This document shows, piece after piece, positions 56,226 through 64,000 of a DNA stretch of 64,000 nt (position 1 is its first letter; every line of letters begins with the position of its first letter). Origin of the DNA: Octopus sinensis. Its lineage: Eukaryota. The notes below the pieces were generated by a model, which saw only the letters and a list, made by a program, of their open reading frames with translations, had not been told where the DNA came from and ran no database searches. The stretch is from the NCBI RefSeq assembly GCF_006345805.1, contig NC_043001.1:9114001-9178000 (forward strand), written 5' to 3'. The translations under genes and the position numbers were made by a program.

Positions 56226-57644
56226 CCACCTTCTCTTATTTAACGTCCTTGGTCATCGTCGACAACGACGGACGAACTAATAATAATCGAAATGTGTCTA
56301 TTGAATGCAACTTTCCTTTCCTAACGACAATATATTACACTAAAGAAGAACATTGAACTGCTACTTCTAGCTAGTTCTGCGACGGCATAGGGATGGACTC
56401 GTCAGTTGATGGAAATTGTTTTTAAGAGCTGCAATTTTTGATCTGTTGTGTTGTAATTTGTTTTTTCTTGTGGTGTACGACAAACGTATCTTTTTTCAGT
56501 AACTACATCTAACACAACCAAGTAACTAATAAATTAATAAAATAAATGCCTCTGGTATTTTTTTTATTCTTTTAATTGTATCACATCTGCTTTTCAACTG
56601 TTATTTAGCGTATGAGTTCTGCTATGAGAAAGACTACAGAAACTAGAAAGTTCATTTTTTTTTATTGATGATTATTATTATTTTGTTTTATATGAATTTT
56701 TTGCCTTTTCATCAAAATTTCAGATTGTCAGTTTAGGCGAGCCAACTACGGATTTTATGAACATAGAAATCAGTTACTAGAAGAATAAAAATCAATAGAA
56801 TTTCGTTCCAAAATATATTGCAACATAGCAAAATATATTTCGTTCGGGTATTGACAGTTGTAATAGTTGACAGTGCAAAATATACTCAATGTAAATTCAA
56901 ATATTACTGTAGACATATTTTTCTTTTCTTTCCAGTTAAAATGTTTTTGGTTATATTAGGTCACATGTAACGGCTGATCATTAAAGAATATGACAGGGTA
57001 CACATCGCACTGAGTTTAACTTGTTTAGCATTTCATCTTACTATTTTTTTGTGTTGATTTAGCCATATTTTCGTATAATACTCGACGTCTGACATACAAT
57101 ATATTCTACACGTAAATATTAGATTCATGAAGAAATATTATATAAGATATTATTTATACTACTAAAATAAAAAATAGAAACAGAATAAGAAATATTTATG
57201 TTTCTTGCACTGGTTTAAGTCATTCTTTATTGATCCTAGTTTTATTCTTGAAAAATAGCTAAAGGAATGTTCAAAGCAATAATGAAATATTTTTTGTATT
57301 TATTTTCTTGTTCTTTAAACTGGATATTTCTTCGTTAATGTGAACATTTTTGTTAGTTAATCTTTGTTTTGTCAGTCGTATTGTTTGATCAAACAAAGAA
57401 AATATCAGATTTAATCAAATTTATAAATATCAAACTGAGAACAAGAAAAATACCATTGTTAAATTTTCCAAATAATTCTCGACTTCAAAGAGACTACTAA
57501 ATAAAACTGTAAACATATATACATATATATGTGTGTGTGTGTTTGGGTGTTAGGGTGTGTAGGTGTCTCAGTGTATAGACATATGTCATTATGTATGTAT
57601 ATGTATATACATCTGTAGTGTTGTAGTGTGGAAAAATACATACA

Positions 57645-57661
57645 GAAAGATAGATAGATAG

Positions 57662-57708
<47 letters not shown>

Positions 57709-57711
57709 GAG

Positions 57712-57742
<31 letters not shown>

Positions 57743-57862
57743 CAGAAAAATAGATAGATAGATAGATAGATAGATATATATGTAGGTAGGTAGGTAGGTA
57801 GATATATACATACATACATATATACATTGAGTGGTTCATTGATAGGTAGATAGATAGATAAG

Positions 57863-57906
<44 letters not shown>

Positions 57907-58060
57907 CAGAAAAATAGATAGATAGATAGATAGATATATATGTAGGTAGGTAGGTAGGTAGGTAGATATATACATACATACATATATACATTGAGTGGTT
58001 CATTGATAGGTAGATAGATAGATAAGTAGATAGATAGATAGATAGATAGATTGATAGATA
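57645..58060. repeat. (GATA)n/(GGTA)n compound array with a 164-bp higher-order duplication at the LINE 3' junction
   Basis: GACAGAAAAA at 57741 and 57905; ACATTGAGTGGTTCATTG occurs twice. Confidence 0.9.
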
Positions 58061-58457
58061 TGTTTCTTTATTAGCCACACAGGGCTGCACACAGATAGAA
58101 CAAATTACAAGGTAGAGCTTTTCTTTTGAAGGTATTAAAAAAAAAAAAAAAAAAAAAGGGAAGGGGGAGGTTCGATCAAAAGGGATCGTAAAAGGAGAGA
58201 AAGAGGACAAAAATAAGGGGGTTAAAAAAAAAAAAAAAAAAGGGGGGGAGAGGAAAAAAAATGATCAATAGGGATCGTTATCACAGAAATGTCAATATGA
58301 AGTGTAAAGGGGAGGACAGGTGAGGTTACCCGTGGAAAGAAAAGCCTGCGGAAAAGACCACGGTAACCTCGGTCAATGAAGTCACATTTTATATTTCTTT
58401 CTTTTTTTTTTTTTTTTTTTTTGCAAATAAGCAACTCTCTGTTTTCGATTTCTGGGT

Positions 58458-61400
58458 TCATAGGACTATGCTCAAGGTGGCTTCGTCATTCATACGTGCC
58501 ATTCTTGCTACATTCACCCATCTTTTTTTAAAACATTCGCTAGACAAAACTTGCCTCTCTACTCTCACTTTCCTTTTCAAGTGGTACTTGAAGAAGTTGA
58601 TGAGAGATTGACCAGAGAGGAAAGAGCCACAAGGATGATGAAAATAGCTCTTCCTTCCCGTTTGAAGGAAGGAGGCGTGACAATATTGACGATAGACTCA
58701 GCTGATAAACCGACTCGTCCCACACGTGACAGCAGTTGTTCGACATAAGTCCACAGGTCGGAAATTGTTGGACACTGAACGAGTGCGTGCAGAACGGTTT
58801 CGTCGCTCTGACCGCATCTCGGGCAGGTCGGCCCCGTGTTTCTCTCGAGCCGTGTCTGTAGAGCTTATCCCGAACGGGTAGCGCTTCTCGGTAGCACTGC
58901 CAGGCCAGGGATCTCTGGAAGTTGTCCATGGGCCCTGGCCCGAAAGTCGTCCCGAACAGGCGGGTCAGGTACTCCTCGTCGACGTCCAGGTTCGCCCCGA
59001 GCTCGTCGTCGTACCTCCCCTCCACTAAACCCCTATAGAATGCTTTGGTTGTGTTGAAGTCACTTAAGGTCGACCCAGGACGGCAGAGTTGCTTGAGAGC
59101 AACGCGACACTCGCGGTGCCATTCGCCCTTCCTCGGCCTCTTTTTGATCCACGACTGCAGTTCGGTCATGGAGACGAGCTGCGGGAAAGCGTGCCTCACA
59201 AACGGCGACCACACCTGTTCACCGTCGTCTACATAGAGCCAGAGATGTCGCAGTCTCAGCGCGTGTCTGCGCATCATCAACCACGGCATGCCCAGCCCTC
59301 CTTTTAACGGGTGTTGACAGCAAATGGATCGCCTGACCATCGGGGCGCATCCTTTCCACAAGAAGCGAAAGAGGATGCGTTGTAGTTTGGTGATGGTAGG
59401 GTCGGGACAAGGTACGACGGTCAGGCGGTAGTAGATGACGGACGCGATGTACGTGTTCGCCACCTCCGCTCGACCTTTTAGGGACAGTTTCCTCTCGGCC
59501 CATTGCCGGGCGAGAGTGACCACCCTACTCGTTATCTCGTTCCAGTTCTTCTCCACTTGGAGGTCCGGACCAAACCAGACCCCGAGCAACTCAACCGGGC
59601 CGTCGGTCCAGCGTCCCACGACGGAGGCGCTGGTGGACGGCATGGGCTTGCTTCTCCAGGTGCCTAGTCGCAAGCCCACTGACTTTTCCCGTTGATTTTC
59701 GCTCCTGTCACCGCTTCGTAGTTTTTCAGTTGTCTCGCCGACCAGCTCGATGTGCTCGTGGCTAGACACTATGACGGTGACGTCGTCCGCGTATGCAGAC
59801 ACGCTCGTCCCGCATCCCAATTCTCGCGGGATGCCCCTTAGAGTCGCCAGCTTCCGCAGTAGTGGCTCAAGAGTCAATACGTATAGAAGCGCCGAGAGGG
59901 GGCATCCCTGACGGACCGAACGTGCAATGTCGAAAGGTCTCGATAGATGTCCATTTACGCGAATTACCGAACGGATGCCTCTGTACAAGGCAGCTATCCA
60001 GCCGCGGAAGACGGGACCGAAACCAGCCGCTCTCAGGACTGCCTCCAAGTATCGATGGTCTACCCTATCAAAGGCTTTTGATTGATCCAAGTTGATCAGG
60101 GCCCCACCCATGCCAGGTTCGTTAACTACCCTGTCTATGATGTAGCGCATCAGATGGAGGTTGTCATGGATGGTCCGGCCTGGCACGGCGCATGTTTGCG
60201 CCTTGTCGACCAGTTTCTCGATGACAAGCGCCAACCTCTTGGCTAGCACCTTGGCCAAAATTTTCAAGTCTGCATTAAGCAGAGTGATGGGCCTAAAGTT
60301 ATCTATTACATTTCCCTTGTTTAGATCTTTCTTCAGCAGTGTTACGGCTCCTCGGCTCACAAAACCAGGAATGCTCCCGTTTTGCTGCCAGTTGCAGTAC
60401 ACCGCCGCCAAGAGATCTCCAAACAAGTCTGGCATACAATTGTAAAGCTCGTAGGGTAGACCATCCAAACCCGGTGATTTGTCCCTCGAGCATTCTGCCA
60501 TCGCTTCCCGCACTTCCGCCGCCGTGATGGCACCTTCGCAGCACCCTGCCTTTCTTGTCGAGAGTCGTGGTAGGCTATGTAGGTAGGCACTGAAGTCCAC
60601 CCTACGTTCTTGCCCTCCACTCGTTCCGAACAGTCGGGAAAAATGCTGCTGAAAGGCCTCACACATTTTACTTGGCTCGAGCAATTCGCGCCCCTGTTCA
60701 TCTACCAGTGACCGAATGGTGGCTTTGTTGCCCTGTTGCGCCTCTGCCACCCGGGCCTCTCTCGCGGCTCCAACACCTTCGTTCCTTAGAGCACGCATCC
60801 TAGCTCTGACAGCACATCCTTCGTGTTTGGCGTTGAAGTGTTGGTCGAGGGCCAACCTCGCCGCCAAAACGTCGGATGCGATGCCGCTTCTAATTGCCTC
60901 TTCTAGCTTCTTAACTAGCTCACCCTCTACTCTATTTCTATCTATGGCTAGTGCTTTGCTGTACCTAATCGCTTCTGCTTTTACTGCTCTCTTGAGGGCA
61001 AACCACCATTTGTTGTTGATGATGGCTCCCGTCAAAGCCCTCTTTACTAGTGTGCTAATCCGGTCTCTGAAAACTTGTCTCGATGGGAAAGACGCGTTTA
61101 GTTTCCAGTATCCGGGACCCTGCCTAAGTGTCTTACCTAAGTCTAGCGTACATGTCACAAGTTTGTGATCCGTGTAGCTGACTATGTGGAATTGTGGACA
61201 TCCTATGCTATCTCTATCTACTGTCCTACACAGTATCCTATCTAGATACGATCTCGACGACCCGATGCGGTTGCTCCATGTCCACGTTGGCGCATTCGGG
61301 TGGTCTAGTCGAAACCTTTCAGACAGTTGAAAGCGTCTGAGCAGGTCTCTGAGGCATTTGCATCCCCGTCTATTCCTATCTCTACCCACGTAGTCTACAT

Positions 61401-61843
61401 GCGTGTCCAAGGTAGCATTCCAATCCCCCACTAAGAGTAAAGGACGAGACGTTCCCAAGAAAACTTCTAGACGCTGAAAGAAATCCGCCCGACCTGTTAA
61501 GGGCGGTGCGTAAACTGATACGAGCCGAAAAGCGCACCCATTGCTGCCGTCGACATCCAGGACGACCAGTCTACCCTCCGGGTCTACGAATATTGTCCTT
61601 ACATTGAGATCCAGACTCTTGTGAAAAAGTACCGCGGTGCCACTACCGCCCATTCTCGGCAGACAGGGGGAAAAATAATGTTGAACTGTCCGCCAAACAT
61701 GGTCTTTAGGACCCGCGGATTGTGGAGTCTGGTCTCGCTTATGGCTATGATTTCTAACTTATGTGACTTTATGTCATTTAAGAGGTACCCTTGTTTCAAG
61801 GGGACCCCAAGCCACGCGCATTTACACAACCAATCTTGATCAT
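58458..61843 (-). pseudogene. LINE ORF2 (AP endonuclease, reverse transcriptase, C-terminal CCHC), frameshifted
   Basis: The main ORF 58540-61653 has APE motifs GDWNATLD, SYLDRIL and TDH, and RT motifs KSPGLDGLP, FRPITLLNADLKILAK, DQSKAFDRV, RQGCPLS and YADD. The N-terminus MIKIGCVNARGLG (ATG at 61843) and ...IAISETRL lie in shifted frames. The C-terminal zinc finger and the true stop (58458) are also in another frame. Confidence 0.92.
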
Positions 61844-61874
61844 AGTTCTAATGAATTAGAATACAGAGGGTTAC

Positions 61875-63874
61875 TTACTGCTCGAAAGTTTTTGCTTTCT
61901 CCTCCGTTGGTTTGTCCTCGAGAAGATCCCAGTACAGTTTCTTTGTGAGATATTTTTGGCATTTACCAACCGCACTGGGGAAAATGCCTTTGAGTGTGTG
62001 GTGCAGACTTTTGGAGATGTGTATTATTTTGATGTGGTCTGGTGGTGTTGTGTATGGGTGGTTGTTTGTTTTTATGTCATCTTCTGTTATGTTTGTTTTT
62101 GATTGGATGTATTCCATCAATTTGTGTTTTTGGTGTCTATGGCTGTGAGCATGTTTGCTGTATATGTTTTTGTGGTGTTGGTGTGGCTGTTGTTTGCGTT
62201 GGGTTTTGAAATGTCTTCGGGAGATGTATTTCCCCCTGCTTTGTTCGTGTTTGCATTTGGTTTGGTTGTGTTTTCTGCTCTTTATTTTCCTTCTTTTTGT
62301 AGCTATTTGCCATTCCTCACTGGTTTCGTCTTCCGACGAAATTCTGAGGAATCAGAAGGGGGTAGGGGTATGTTGTGGGCTTCTATGTATGTCTGTGTAA
62401 GTGGTTGTGTTGTTGTTTTCGTTGTTGTTGGTTGTTGAGTGTTTGTGTGTGTTGAGTGCGGTATAAGGGATGGGGGATCAGTTTGTGTGTTGTTTCTTTG
62501 TTTTTCTGTTCCTTTGGGTTTTGCTGTTGATGGTAGTGTTGGTATTTTTCCAGGTGTCGAGTGGTTTTTGGTTGATGACGGATTAGCTTGGTGTGCTTCT
62601 CTTGTCGTCTTCTGTGTTGATGGTGGTGTGGGTAGTAGAGCTTTTTTTCCGGAGTGCTTTGGTTGTGGTAGTGGTTGTTGTTGTTGCTCTTGGTGTGCAG
62701 TGGTTGGGCACGTCTTTTTCAAGTGTGTTTCGCTTCCACACAAATAGCAGCGTGGTCGCCTGCCCTCTACCACTATATAGAGTTTGTAGCCTCCTGGCAG
62801 TTCTATAGCGGTGGTATCTTCTCTCTTGCTGCTTCATCCAATTGAAGCAGGAATTCGATTGATTTGCCCACATAGTCTTTCTCTCCTAGAACCGCGATTT
62901 CCAGGATGTTTGTCTCTGACATTGTCTCTGACATTTCAAAGCAGATGGCAGAGACCACCCATTGTGTTTCGACATCAAATGGTATGTTTTTTTTTGGACT
63001 TTCGTGACCCTTTTGTTTAAATAGACTGGTATCATTACCAAGTCGTCCGAATGTAGCTCCAATGTGGAAAAACGTTTTGCTAAACTTTCGTTGAGGAAAC
63101 GTACTTGGACTGTACCAAATTTGTTTCCCCAACTGATATATTCCTTGGAGTCCCATACAGGACGAAGGCATTTATCGATTTTTTCCTGCGGTGCATTTTC
63201 TGTTCTTCTTGTTTTTTTGTTTATTACTTTATAAATTATTGTTTTTTTTGCGTGTTTTCCACGATGTGTTGTGGAATATGAAGGTGCAATTTGTCTCCTT
63301 CTTTGGAGAAGAGTGCCTTTGTGCGGTTTATCTCTTGTGTGGTGAATGTTACAATTGTTCTTTTTTGTTTTGTTACGTCCGCAAAATTCGTTTTGAATTT
63401 GGCAGTAGAAGTGTTAATTGTGGCAGTGTTAATTGAAGTCATGGTAGTGGTGTTGGTGTTGGCGGTATTAGCAGCAGAAGGCTTGGATGTAGCATTTGAC
63501 GTCGTAGTAGTGGTGTTGGTGTTGGCGGTGTTGTCTTTGGTAGGCGGCTTTGTGCCAATTTCGTTGTTGTTGTTGTTGGTGGTGATGGTGGTGGTGCTGG
63601 CATTCATGTTTTCGTTTGTATTCATTTTTGAAATCCCTTTCTCTGTCCCTTTATCATCAACAAGTGGTGTGGGGAGTGAGGGGAAATCTAAGTTAATGTC
63701 TTTGGTCGCGGCGATGGTGAATGCGACGTTAGATTTGTTGTTGTTGTTGTTGGTGGTGGTGATGGTGGTGACAGCGGTGTTCACGCTGCGATGTTTAGCA
63801 GCTAGTGGTAGCAATAGTGTTTTGCTACCGTTCTGCATGACTGGCGGGCTAGCCACGTGGTTTCTAGTTGCCAT
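61875..63874 (-). pseudogene. LINE ORF1 (gag-like nucleic-acid binding protein), broken by several frameshifts
   Basis: Fragments 63236-63880, 62803-63171, 62303-62773 and 61875-62120 join across small frameshifts, several in A runs. They give an Asn/Thr-rich N-terminus, a globular middle region and a CCHC knuckle (CYLCGSETHLKKTC), located directly upstream of ORF2. Confidence 0.8.
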
Positions 63875-64000
63875 TTTCAAAATGAAAAATGGCTAAAAAA
63901 CCCACGAAAGTTTTGAAAGTTTTTTTTGTAATTTCGCCCATACAGGGGCGGAATTCTACGTGAATAATTCTCAGGTTTTTTAGTGAATGAATTTGCACAA

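Larger units (their letters stand above)
58061..63900 (-). mobile_element. Near full-length Tx1-type (L1 clade) non-LTR retrotransposon. The 5' boundary is not resolved and may lie beyond the window end.
   Basis: Two-ORF layout (ORF1 with zinc knuckle; ORF2 APE-RT-CCHC) and a ~400 bp 3' UTR ending AATAAAGAAACA directly followed by (TATC)n. Near-identical to the copy at 8599-11482. Confidence 0.93.

Noticed and set aside
63291-63896. Plus-strand 201-aa hydrophobic ORF and other ORFs antisense to the LINE
   Set aside because: These are antisense shadows of low-complexity ORF1 and GC-rich ORF2.

Overview
This is an AT-rich, microsatellite-saturated eukaryotic window with no host protein-coding exon I can support. 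The SINE families and repeat landscape look like an octopus/coleoid genome (inference). The main element is a Tx1-type (L1 clade) non-LTR retrotransposon on the minus strand, present twice. One copy is near full-length (58061 to about the window end; frameshifted ORF1 with a CCHC knuckle, plus an APE-RT-CCHC ORF2), and one is 5'-truncated (8599-11482). Both copies sit in (GATA)n arrays in the same orientation, and the truncated copy has (GATA)n on both sides, which suggests microsatellite targeting. The most abundant tRNA-derived SINE (family A) shares its last ~45-50 nt with this LINE's 3' end, and it forms head-to-tail arrays with one fixed junction. Also present: CORE-like and V-domain-like SINEs with swapped tails, non-autonomous and decayed Helitrons, Penelope-like remnants (including hammerhead-like repeats), CR1, RTE and R4/Dong 3' fragments, and several inverted or duplicated structures. 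Family names come from motif recall, not database searches.
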